This document shows positions 22,984 to 35,400 of a DNA stretch of 64,000 nucleotides, in pieces (positions within the stretch are counted from its first letter, which is position 1; each line of letters opens with the position of its first letter). This DNA comes from Phoronis australis (lineage: Eukaryota > Animalia > Phoronida), in assembly GCA_002633005.1 (NCBI GenBank), contig NMRA01000775.1, forward strand, positions 62,001-126,000, written 5' to 3'. The position numbers were made by a program, and so were the translations under genes. The notes below the pieces were generated by a model that saw only the letters and a program-made list of their open reading frames with translations, searched no databases and was not told the DNA's origin.

Positions 22984-24570
22984 GCACTGGTTGGACCAAT
23001 GCTGAGAATAAGTGGTAACAAATGGATATTGAAAACAAAATTAATAGTTACACAAAACAGCTGAAACGTGATCCACTGAATAACGAATTCTTTGTCTGTG
23101 GTTTTTTGAAGACACTGCGATTGGAAATTGAAGGTTCAATAAAATACAAGATATTTGATTTGATGAAAATATTGAGCCATGCAGCGACTTCGCGTGAAAC
23201 TTCCATTTAATTCTGATCTTCACCTGATTTCTTTAAGCTAAAAGAACTGTGAAATGTTAATTAACAGTTTACTTTAATGTGACAAAAATATGTATAGAAT
23301 GTGTTTCCTCTAAATTGGATTTGATATGTTATTTCACAACTTCCAAGACACCATAGTTAACACATGTCAGAGTGACAGCATCTTTAAAAAAGTTAAAAAA
23401 TCATGACCCCTTGTGATTTGTTTGCAAGAGCAAGCTAATTAAATAGACGGTGAACTTAGACAAGATGACAACATACAGTTACTCTTCACTTGTTTCGCTA
23501 ACAGTGTGACCCACAAATGAATTTTGTCAAATTTCTCCACAGAAATAAACATTAGGAAAATTTCCGTCTTCTACAATGATGTGTTCTGACTTTGGGTTTC
23601 ATAAACGAACTTTTGATAATTTTCCGTTATTTGCTGTAATCAGCCATTGAAAAATAGAAAATTACAATTTTGGAGATTATTTTTGTTTAAATAGGTGGAG
23701 AATTTCCGTTGTAACCTGATGTGATAAATGGTTCTTCAGTTTAACAAGCAATATGGAACACAAGGATTTTTTTAATTGTCAAATTTCTCTTCAATCAAAA
23801 CCGTCAAGAACATTTTTCACTCCCAACACTAGTTGGGATTTATTCTGTACAGCTATTATGGAACAAAACTTGGGTAATGACATTAGCATTTTAATTGTGT
23901 AATCAACCTTTGAAAAGAAGAAATGTAATTTTGAAAACGTTATTTTGCATAATTGAAGAGAAATTAGGGTATTACAAAATTATTTTTTCTTCCTGAGTAC
24001 ATTGTAATTGTTACAGCATTGATGTACCACGCCTAGTCATAGGGCGAGGATGGCATTACGGAGATGCAGCAAAAACTCGTATCAGGGGAAAAGATCGAAG
24101 AGTACGGTGTGTAACCAGCACGAACTTGGATGCATCTCCAAATTTACATTGCGTGCGATACTGGAAGGAGGAGGGACAGAGCCGGACTATCCCGGTGCCT
24201 ACCCTCTGACGTCACCACAGAAACAGAAGTTCCACGACTGATTTTTAATTATGTGATAACTCCACTTAGTAGAAAAATGACATATCCCACAATAACAGAA
24301 TCATAAAAATTATACCCATTTTTATATTTTTCTTTTTCAAAATAAACATGTATTTATTCCGCATTATGTTGCATATTCATAGATACCCTTCATATAAAGA
24401 GTTGTCTTTTGGATATCTAATTTTACAAATTTGAATCAACTCTGTTTTATTGTTGTAGTAAAAAATTATTAAGCAGGATTCATACTGAATAAAAGAATTT
24501 ACTGAGAATGGCTTTACCAACTACAACCTGTATTGAGACTATGTATATTACTAGATTCCTTTTTAAATGA

Positions 24571-24737
24571 TGAAAAATATTGAGTAAAGATCCCTTTTGG
24601 AACCAAAAACTATATCTTGATTTGGTTATCCCTTTCGTCCATATCTCACGGACTTGATATACCACCGGGTGTGCCCTCTGTAGTTGTAGAATAAAAACAT
24701 ATAGGTTCCAAAAGGGATCTTTATTCAATATTTTTCA
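24571..24737. mobile_element. Short MITE with 34-bp TIR
   Basis: tgaaaaatattgagtaaagatcccttttggaacc vs ggttccaaaagggatctttattcaatatttttca (1 mismatch). Confidence 0.8.
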
Positions 24738-24899
24738 ACATCCTGAATTCGGTGAGGAATTAGTCCTAACTTTCCTAAAGATCAAACAAGGAAGTGAGTT
24801 CAGGTTTGTGAATTCTCACCTGAACTACTGAATAACGATTTCTCACAGCAGGAAATAATAGAACACGTGAATCCAGGTGTGCAACTTCAGAGTTACCTT

Positions 24900-25680
24900 T
24901 ACTACACTGCTAGAGAATTCTCACTTATGTTAACCACTAGTCATTGACATGAACATACACTAGAGAATTCCAACTAATGTTCCCAAAAGAAAACACTAGT
25001 CGATGACATCATAGACTATAGATAACGAGTATCTATGACGGCCTGAACATTTGTCTTGAGAATGGTTTAGTGATAAGAAACCAAAACGTCGACAAATACA
25101 ACGTCTTTGTTTATGTATGTGCTGATTTTAATATTCACACTCATATTTTGGCCACAAAACAAATGTGGCATGAATCTACAGTGGCAAATTCTGACTAATG
25201 TTCCCCACGAAAAATGATAGACGATGACATGAAACTACGATAATAATGGGGACTTTTGACTAACGTTCCACATGCAAAAACTTCGGTCGATGGCAGGAAT
25301 CTATACAGGAGAATTCAAATTAACTTTCCCCACAGAAAACATTTGTCGATGAAATGAATCTACACTCATTTTGGTAAACTCTGGATGACCAAGATTCTCC
25401 ACAAAAACATTAGTTAGTGGCATGAAACTACACTGTCTGGAAAATTTCAAAGTTTTGCATTGGAGCCGGAATTTTTGACTAACTTTCCCCACGGAAAATG
25501 TAAGTTGATGAATTGAATCTACATTGGTGGACACTGGCTGAAAACGTTAGTCAATGGCATGAAACTGCACTGCAGAATTTTAACTAACGTTTCCCACGGA
25601 AAACAGTCGATGGCACGAATCTACACTCATTGGTAAACGTTAGTCAAACAACACATTGGAGAGTTCCGATTAACTGACGT
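24900..25680 (+). repeat. Degenerate tandem repeat array (about 55-60-bp unit) downstream of GNS
   Basis: Recurrent gaattttgactaacgtttcccacggaaaa...gtcgatggcatgaaactacact, roughly a dozen diverged units, interrupted at about 25020-25165. Confidence 0.7.
25049..25097 (+). ncRNA. Penelope-type minimal type I hammerhead ribozyme motif (U3/A8 core variant, G12A; probably inactive)
   Basis: Stem I atttgtc/gacaaat, core TTGAGAA-T, stem II ggttt/aaacc, AAAAC in place of GAAAC, then GTC cleavage triplet. Confidence 0.55.
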
Positions 25681-26257
25681 TTGTATGCAGAAAAAATGCT
25701 TTTAATCACTTGGTAATTTATTCAGTTATTTTTACCAGTTTCAACCAGTTTTGCAGTACAGTAATGTTTTGACTAACGTTGAATCATGAATTAATGAGAA
25801 ACTCACAATATTGAAAACCATTTGAAAATTAAAATAATTGCTTTAAAATAATAACACGTTCAGAGAGCCTATCAACTAATTTTCCTCCACCAAACAGAGA
25901 CAGTATCACATCATAAGTTTAACGAGAAGTTCGACATGTTCTGCCTCAGCACCAAAGTTGGAAATATCATATTTTGGCTTGGGAACATCACCATAAAACC
26001 CTGGTTCAAAGTGCAAGTTGACTTGTACTTGTATCACATAACGATGGAGTTCGCCAATTCTCAGTTCTAATCCACCACATCCTGATACATGTACCTGATG
26101 CGACACATTTTGCCTTTGCTGGGTTTTAAACATAGTCTTTACTACGTCACAACAATACACAATGCAGGTCAAAGTACGAAGAATCTTGTACTTGCAGTCT
26201 TCATAACATGAAGGGCTCTATCAAATCTCGGCTATACTCCACCACGTCCAGATAGTA

Positions 26258-26434
26258 TTAGAGTATTACTCCATCAAATGAGAAGTTCGATGCCATACGA
26301 CACGTTTTGCCTTTACACCCAGACAGTGAGTGAAGTGCCTGCTTCAACTGTTTGCGAGTTGAAGGACCAATGGTGCTGACACGGTTTTCCAGCTGATCTG
26401 GATCTTTGCTTAAATTGTAGAATTCTTCAAATCC
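26258..26434 (-). CDS. GNS: GNS exon 12 (terminal)
   Basis: [17 protein letters not shown]...[10 protein letters not shown]...VIL-stop. The acceptor is a weak AAG, and an alternative 3' end is possible (see findings). Confidence 0.82.
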   Translation of the reverse strand, partial: GFEEFYNLSKDPDQLENRVSTIGPSTRKQLKQALHSLSGCKGKTCRMASNFSFDGVIL

Positions 26435-29400
26435 CTTTAAATACACGTCAATTGTCTCAATTACTGATTTAAAAGTTTGTTTTTGCAACGGAAACTGGAT
26501 TGCCACTTTAACAACTTAATAAACGTGCTCTACATGACAAACTCGGCCCATTTCACAGCACTTTTTATTCAGTCTGCTCTTGTCAACCAATTTTGTCATT
26601 CAAAGACTGAAAAGGCCTAAATTTGATGATGGGTTCAGTTTTTACAGACTGCAGTTCCAAAAATGACTTGCACATTGGTTTAGACATGCCCTTAAAAGCA
26701 GTATTATCACTGCCATCTGATGTTTGTATTTGCAAAATGAGATGTAGCACCTCTCTACTTGAATAGATTTACGGTAAAAACCCATCAATTGCCTGGCCCA
26801 TGAAAGTTTTATTTCTTCATTTTCTCATAAACGTTGTGTATCGCCAAGTGCTATTAATGTCATTTTTAAAGATTGATGCCATAGCTACCATCAGACAGTA
26901 ATTCTGAGAAATTGTGGCCACTCACAACAATATTAGAAGCCTTTGAAAAATGACAGACAAATTTGGCAATTGTCTAAAATTGGTGAGATTTTACACTACT
27001 TGACATCTTTATGGTATAAGACATTCCAGGATTATTAATGGCTGTGTCTGGTGGAGCTTCCTTTTAACTTCTAAATGTCCCAAAAAATCTGGAATATCAG
27101 TTTACATCAACAAGAGCAACGCGGACTGTTGAAACGCACCCAAGACAGCACTGCAAATGGTGTGCTTTTATGGGTGTGTTTAGTATCATAAAAATGGTCG
27201 TTAGATGGCACAGAATACGACAAACACATCTGAATTGAGAAGGTGGCGCTGTTTATGATGCAAAACTATTTGCCAAATTGCAAGAAAATAAGTCAAGGAA
27301 CTCCTAAGATATAGAGGCAAACATAAAAACAATTGACAATAGAAGGCACAGCCATAGTCCGATTGGTCTGAACTTCATTGTCATCTGTAGCCAATTATCG
27401 GATTGGCCTGGAACTCTTGACCATTAGTTGTCATCTCCATAGAAATACATCATGGCCACTACCTGGCTCAGAATCATCAAACCTATCCGAAAATAAAAAG
27501 GTGTCGTCGGTTTCTTAATAGAAACCTATTTGCCAAATTTCATGAAAATCCATCAAATGAATTCTAAAGACACACACTGAGGAAACCGTAAAAAAATAAA
27601 ATTTCACTTGGGGGCACAGCGTTAGTCGGATCGGTCCAGAATTCATAGTCATCCGTTGCCAGTTTTAAAGGAACACATCTGCCAAAACCCATTAGGAACC
27701 TGTGAGGGGTTTAAGAGATACAGTTGCAGAGGCCCGACACCTAGACAGAGATGACGGCAACATGACCCCACATACAAATATGTGGGGGCACAAAAAACTT
27801 GAATATGTGTAACGAAGTTGATAACTGAGGGTCTCTGTGAATGCAATACCCAACCCTAAGTCGTTAGCGACCATAAAGAATGCTATTAGCTTTACCATGC
27901 CTGAAACTCACCTCATCATCATCAAAGGAACAGTACATAAAGTTGTCGAGGGTCGCCGTCGTTCCACGAACACATTCATACGTATTATTAACAGCATCCT
28001 CACATACACAATCGGGATGACAGTTCTATAGAAAAAAAATGAAAACTCAGTATCAACCTTTTTAAAGGTGACCTATTTAAAAATAGGTCACATTTAAAGG
28101 CCTGTGGTGATATGTCAATTAAGTTTTGAGGCAAGTCACTTACAGGGGTCCTGTATTTTGAGGAGCAGTTTGATGCCCGATAACCCAGCTGAGATCAGTT
28201 TTATGGCACTGCTGCGAGGGATCTAAGTTGAGATGTTTTTCCCATGGAACATGGATAATTAATGTATCCGTTTTAAACAGAATACCTTCATCAATTCCGT
28301 TAATTGTTTCCTTATCAACAACACCACATCTATTTATTAATAGGCATTAGGATTCCTTATTTTTATGACAAGATTAGCATAACATGCTTGCCCTAAAACA
28401 AATTTAGAACAAGGTTAAAACAATGTATACTATTAAATTGAGTTCATGTCACTGCTGACACACTAAGTTAATTATTTTTTGAGCTCTTTCATGTAATGAT
28501 GCATAAATTAAAGGGACATACAAAGAGAAGTAATTTTTCACACACCGGCCTTGATTTCAGAGAATATCTAATTAGTATAGACCAGAATTGGCGATTTGTA
28601 ATAAAATCATAAAAACACAAAATCATCCAAATATGTTGTTTCATAGCTCTATTCAAGAGAAATCCCTTCAAAAAGTTTATCTCAGTCAACAATAATCACA
28701 AAACTGCATTTCCAGCCACAAAAACGATAATGTACCTTAAATAGATGTCCATTTTTGTAAACAAGTCAAAAAAGTTTTGTACAAGATAAATTTATAACAT
28801 TACTGCTCTTACAGCCAATCCCTGGGTACCGGCACATCCTTTGTTCCTAAGGTAGTGTTCCCCGAAGTATTGCACTAAGAAGGTGTTCCTCCACCTGAGA
28901 GATTTATCATTAAGCAGAAGACTCTTGAAAGACATTCCGTCCATATCAGGCTGAAACTTGCCACCAGTAGCCAAGTCGATAAATGTGGGGGCAAGGTCTA
29001 TATTGACAACCATTTCCTGGGATATCAGAAAAATGAAAACAGCATAAATGATCGTGGTCCGTGTTTTTCTTTTGAAAGGCACATTACTTATTGTCCATAT
29101 AATTTTCAAGAAGAAGTAACCTTATATTTAAATAGTGAGGTGCGGGTTTCAAAGACCGGATCTACCTACGTTATTTCCGGTCTAATGAATTATAACCCTA
29201 TAACAAAACCAACAGTAATTAAGCAAATAAGCTACACTTCAACAGTATCCATAAACGAATGTGATATCAATACATGGCATGCAATTTTGTGCGTGGGTGT
29301 CTGACCCAGTTTTAGCCTATTGACAGAATGAACTTAACGACTTTCCCAACAGAACGAGGATTCATGAAATCACAAAAACGGGATTTAGCATACGATTATA

Positions 29401-32400
29401 AACAAATGGTCCAAAAATCAAAGTCCAAAAACATGATGTATGGGGTTTTATTGCTTAGTTGTTGGGAATTTTAACGAAATGAAAGTAGTTTTCCAAAAAG
29501 TTGAATGGTAAACAAATAGAGTTAAACACACTGTTCCAGGCTAGAAGCTAACAGACATTACTATGTACAAAATGAAGATAAAAAGACTTAAGCCCCCTAC
29601 ATTTTGTTGATCTTTGCCATTTTCTTCAAGAACCACAATTTTTTGAACTCTTCCAAACATTTGACTTCAATAAACTGGGATAAGTTCTAAGCATTATTCC
29701 ATCTATGAAAATGACCATGTAGAACATTCTGAATTGAACTATTTTATGACCTACTTAAAACTACTGAATCACCTTTCTCACTTGACCAGTCTTAATTCCA
29801 GGACCTCGGACCATCAAAGGAACCCTAATGTCAAACTCATACATTTGTCTCTTGTCGTTAGGGAGGGAAAATTGTCCTGCAATCAAAATAGTTTGACATC
29901 AAAGGAACATTTCAAAACTAAAAGAAAACTGTGCAACATGTAAAATGGAAAAATGTAATTCGTAATTTTGATGCTCTGACTGTCCTCTGTCACAGTACCA
30001 CTTGTGGAGGTAAGTGGCGCGTGAAAGGATGTTAAAATACATGCGTGGGCATCTTTGCATGATTTAGATGTTTGTCATGAACATAATATTCCAGGAATGA
30101 TCTAGAAAAGTATGATGAATCATGATTTTAATTTATTTGATGCCTTGTTATTGTGAGTGTTACAAAACACAAACTTGAGCGGAATGCACCGACTTAGTTG
30201 TTGATGTAGCAGTCGCAAGTCACAAAAGCATTTCTCAACAGATGGAGCAGACAGTATACATACATCAACACATTGGAATGTTAATGTCCAATCAATCGGA
30301 ACATCCAAATAATGTTACTTTACTGTGTTAACCAATGAGAAGCCATCATGTAACATGCAATGCAATGGTAACCTTGTGGCACTGGAAACGACTGTCCTAA
30401 CTCAGTCATCATGGATTAAGTCGAACGTAAGGTTATTGGAGCTAAAAATTCTAAAAACGATAGTGCATATAATGTAATTAACATGAAAGCACCATCATAT
30501 CATAGAGAGCATATGGATGAGACAAACACAGTATTAACTATCATATGTCTGGATTCCAGTCATATCATCTACGGCCAGTTTTTGAAAAAAATTATTTGCT
30601 GAAATCAGAAAAAAAATTGAAGCAAAAATTTCTGGCTAATTTCCAAATGATTCAAAGATTGTTTTTTGTTTTTCTTCTGAGTTTTTACCATATTTTCTAA
30701 GAAACCAGATGCATTTCATAAAAACTTTTTTTCAAAAACTGCAGTTGCAGCCTTTCCAAAGCTTATTAACAATAACAGAAAGCCAGATTTTCTACCATGA
30801 ACTTGAATTATAAGTTTAAATTCGTTAACTTAACTATGCAGTGCATAGCCTTATCATCCCTGCACAGAGAAGGAAGTGGAATTCCTGTAACTGTTTGTAA
30901 CACATTTTAAACTTCATATTAAAAACATTTTGAATGCTTACCGAGATGAAATCCATTATCAGATGAAAAGAAAATATAAGTGTTGTCTAGGAGTTTGTTT
31001 TTACCAAGTGTACGTATTAGGTCTTCCACCATTTCATCTACACTGAGTAAGGTTCGCCATCTGAAATGAAATCCTTGTTAAAATACATGTAGTATTACGT
31101 AGCATACCACCTTTTTCGTGAAACTATATGCAGTTTTTATTTTTGAGGCATTATAAACTATATGTGCCACTTAAAAGGACATAACAACTTGATTTTTAGT
31201 GGTGAAAAACACAATGGATTATTGTAGGATGAGAAACATTTCTTGACAGTATCAAATTTGATCAGAGCTATGAAGCCACAAAACTGGTAAATTAGTTTTT
31301 GTGAACAATTTTTTTTACAAAATCAACAATTTTTGTCATTGGCTGCCAGTCATTCATTGAAATCAAGGCTGGTGACATCTAAATGCGCTAGAATCTGCTA
31401 TGGAGTGGGGTTAGCAAAGCATTGGACCACAACCACTACGGCCATGAGTTCTAATCTACCTCGGAGCTAAACACTTTTCTTGTCCACAAGATCAAAGACT
31501 CATACACAGCGCTAACAATCTTAACACGGAAGGCACTGTACACAAAGAACCTCTGACGAAAGCTGGAAGGACATTGAATCTATTGATAACCAAGACCAAA
31601 GCTTAAAAATAACCAAAACAACTTGGTTAACAAAAACTAACATGATTCAGATCACATTGCCAAGCCTTAAAACCAGAAGAAATTTAAACCACAGAGACAC
31701 CCAAACCTCAAAGCAAGTGACTAATTGTCTGCCAGGAGCCTGTTCCAAGAAAACTGACTTGGCTAAGACAAATTAATCTTAAACTTCAGTCAAAAAAGAT
31801 AAAACTTGAATTTGTCTCAAGTTCATGTCAAGAAAGAGATCTCAAGTTTGACTTAAGTTTTGACTTAATAAGTTCTGTCTAAATTTTGATTAGTCCAGGT
31901 GAGACATTTTCAAAGTTGAGACAAATCTAAGGCTTAAGTCAAAAATCAACTTAAAGTCAGTTTCTTGGAGCTGGCCCCAGTACTTTAAAAGACACTAATC
32001 CCTTGCAGCTGGTGTTATTTTTGTCCAGAAATAGATTTTTTGTTATCAGACGCATAATGGCTGTCATTTACTGGTCATAAACAGGTAGTAAACAACTGCG
32101 CCCTCTTGTGTAGAAAGTAATCTTCAGCCAGTATGCTACTTGTACCATTAAATCCTGACCAGAAGACAACACAATAATTTTGGAGTTGGAAATATAGTGC
32201 TAATCCAAGAGTCACAGTGGAATTTTGGACGCGCGGTTTAAAAACAGAAACCGCATTTAATGAACAAAAATGTGGGTGTTTCACACTGTTTTGGTGAAAG
32301 ACTCGACTTTATAAAATGGCAGAAAATTCACAAGTTTGCGATGGCCCTTTTACAAAAGAGAGACAGATTATTGAGGCATTCCTTTACATTACCACCAAGT

Positions 32401-35400
32401 TGATTATGCAGTGAAGCTCAGGAGACTAACAAAAAGGCTTCGGGAGCCGCTTGTGTGAAGGCCACTTTTGAGACAACTTACATTTAGAGCAGTACCTCTT
32501 AAACTAAAAAAGAAAAGGAAAATTAAATGGAAAACCAAACTGCAAAAACGAGAATAAAATTAGTGCATTTCCCCTACCACAACATTGTCTCAGTTGACAC
32601 ATCTGTAGCATTCGATAACTGGTAGTTAGGTTCCTGCATGGCTTAAATCATTCTCAATTATTTTGCAGCTTGTAGTCCTGATTTTAAGAGCAATTACAGC
32701 TACATAATCATGTGATCAATGTTTTCACAATTACCGATTGAAGTCAACTCACCTGTTCCTAAATGCATCATCTAAATAAGTGACAGAAATGTTTGACAGA
32801 GGATTTGCAGCACGGCGAATCAACCAATGCTTGTCCTGAAATCATTCAGATCAAATTGATGAAACCAAGACACTGCAGTACAGTTCCTTATATAATGTGT
32901 CATGAAGTGGTTAGATTTTCCTTTCAGTTGGTACTACACAGCTTTTCAGTCAAAACAATGTTGGGCACCTCGTTCAAGTATGTAGACAAGAAAAATGTGC
33001 AGTTTAAAAATCGTCATCTGCTCCAAGAATGGCAAACCAGGGAACTTAAAACACATGTTTTACTTAAGCCACATAGAATCCAAAAAGAGCCCCCCCCCAT
33101 GAGGAGGACTTCAGATTTTCCCCAGGCTTTCTCTTCATAGAAGTTACACCAGATTGAGCTTACTTTGCCGTGCACATTATAACTTCCATTGCGAGGAGCT
33201 TGACACTGTGAGAAATTAGCTTCATGTTGTGGTGCAGGTGTGAACGGGGCATGACAGGCCGGAGTGGACAACATCATGAAGAAAGGTTGTCTGCTCTGTT
33301 CACTGGTGAGAAACTTTGTCGCCTTTTGATGCTAGATTACAAAATGCAAGATATTAAACAGTGATATAACTTTGGTACTTAACTCCAAATGACCTCCACT
33401 GCATACAGTACTTGGAAAGCACCGTAATGTGCATTTTTAAAAAGTTGATGATAAATTAATATTCTCATCGAAAATAGAAGGAGGACCAACGCAAATATTC
33501 CATGCTAATGTATTGTTGACAACAATTGTATATTTGAATTTTTAAGAGGCCAAAGAATTCATTTTCTCATACATGTCGATGTTCGAAATTCATAATGCTG
33601 AATGCTGAAACATTAAAAAATTCGATTATCATACTTATTATGAACACATGGAATGACCTGGTGGAATGAGTGTTCACTTCCATTACTGAAGGTCATGGGT
33701 TCGAGTCCCTCTGGGGCAAATGGCTAGACCCATGAGTCATATCTCTAGCTCTTCAGCTAAGTTTATAATTATTAATAAAGCCTAAATTTTCAAATGGTTT
33801 CCGGGGATCAGTGTAATAGGCCCACCTGAGTGGCCTCCACACATCTTGTACAATGTCTACCAGACCACTTGCAATTATTTTTAAATAACGTTATTGAAAA
33901 TTCAAAATATTAGCTTCTGATACATGTAGTACTGTCGAGCGTTTTTAAATACAGTAACTGAGAAATGTTTCAAGCAGCCCTTGTCTTAATTTGAGTATTC
34001 TAATTTGTTAAGTCAAAATGACTGCTAAGAAAATAACCAACGAGGCTTTACCAAGATTAAGATGTCTGCTTCATGCAACACACGTTTTCTAGCTTAAAAA
34101 CCCAAGCACAAAATTAATAAATTACTGAAAAACGGAGATAGATTAAAATGTGGCACCTACAAATCACTTATCATTTGCAGACCTAAGATGTCGCAAGAAG
34201 TAGGGAACAATTGCAATTTTCTGAAAGATGAAATGTTTGTGATACCCTAAAAATGGCATGCATGCACAGTTCCATTTTTGGAAGGTAGGTGGCAGGACGC
34301 GGCCATAAAGCACCCTAAATCTGTCAATGCTTCAATAATTGAAAATGATTTTCCTTAAAAAAAAGAAGCAATGAGTGTCAGAGATTCGAGCCTTACAATG
34401 ACATGAGTGAGATAATCTTGAGAGTAATTACTGTCGTGTCTTTCAGCTTTCCCATTCGCAGATAAGACATAGTCATAGTAAACAGAATTACCAACCTGAA
34501 ATAAAAGAAATTCATAGCGTGAATAGAGCGTTAGTCAGGGGTTGCATTTTGTGCTTAACGAATGATCAACGACAAAGCTTACAAAAAAAATCCGCTAGCC
34601 ATTTTTCCACATGTATTTGCATTTATTTACTCAGCGATAAAATCTCAAGTCTACATCACAAATATAAGCAGTTTAGTGTCGTTTCCAGATGACAGCTCTC
34701 GGTAAATTGAGATTTCAATCTTGTCCATATGGAGATATCTACCTTGTCTATAAACAAGCGTCTGCACAATCGTCTGCTCTGTATTATTTATCAAACTTCA
34801 GTGAGTATCTTGTGCTCAACTCAAAAGTGTATCATGATCACAAAAATAGACTACCCTGACCCAAGTAGAGAAATCTAATGGTACTTTTCAACCCTGCTTT
34901 TGTTTAGAATATTAATCATATGACCAATGAACTGGAGAAATTTCTAACGAGCATTATGGTTTTGACACTGAATTTAAAGTGGCATTTAGTCTTTACTACA
35001 GGCATTCATCACAATAAAGAACCTCCACCGTGTCACAACCAAGTTCTTGGCCAATGGCATGTGCATCAGTTTACAGGTCTGTTAATGAGGAACAAAAGTT
35101 CCTACCAGTCCATTCCAGTAATCCCATCCAGGAGGGATGTGTTGAGGGCCACCAGTTCTCTTAAAGCCGTACTACAAGAAAAGAGAACAAGCCAATAAAT
35201 ATATTAAAGTCTTCTTTAAGAACTTAATAACACTTTAAAATTACATAAAGCAATTTGATAGACACCTCTCACTCTAAAGGTCTTGGGTTAACCTACATCA
35301 CACTGCTAGACAGCTTAATATTTGAGGAAAGGTGTGTGACTTTCGAGTATGACAATGTTCACCTCATCACCAAGGCAACTGGCCATGAAACAGCCACCTT

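Noticed and set aside
33655-33745. tRNA gene
   Set aside because: B-box only, with no cloverleaf; treated as a SINE head. The same applies to 31400-31470 and 47817-47912.
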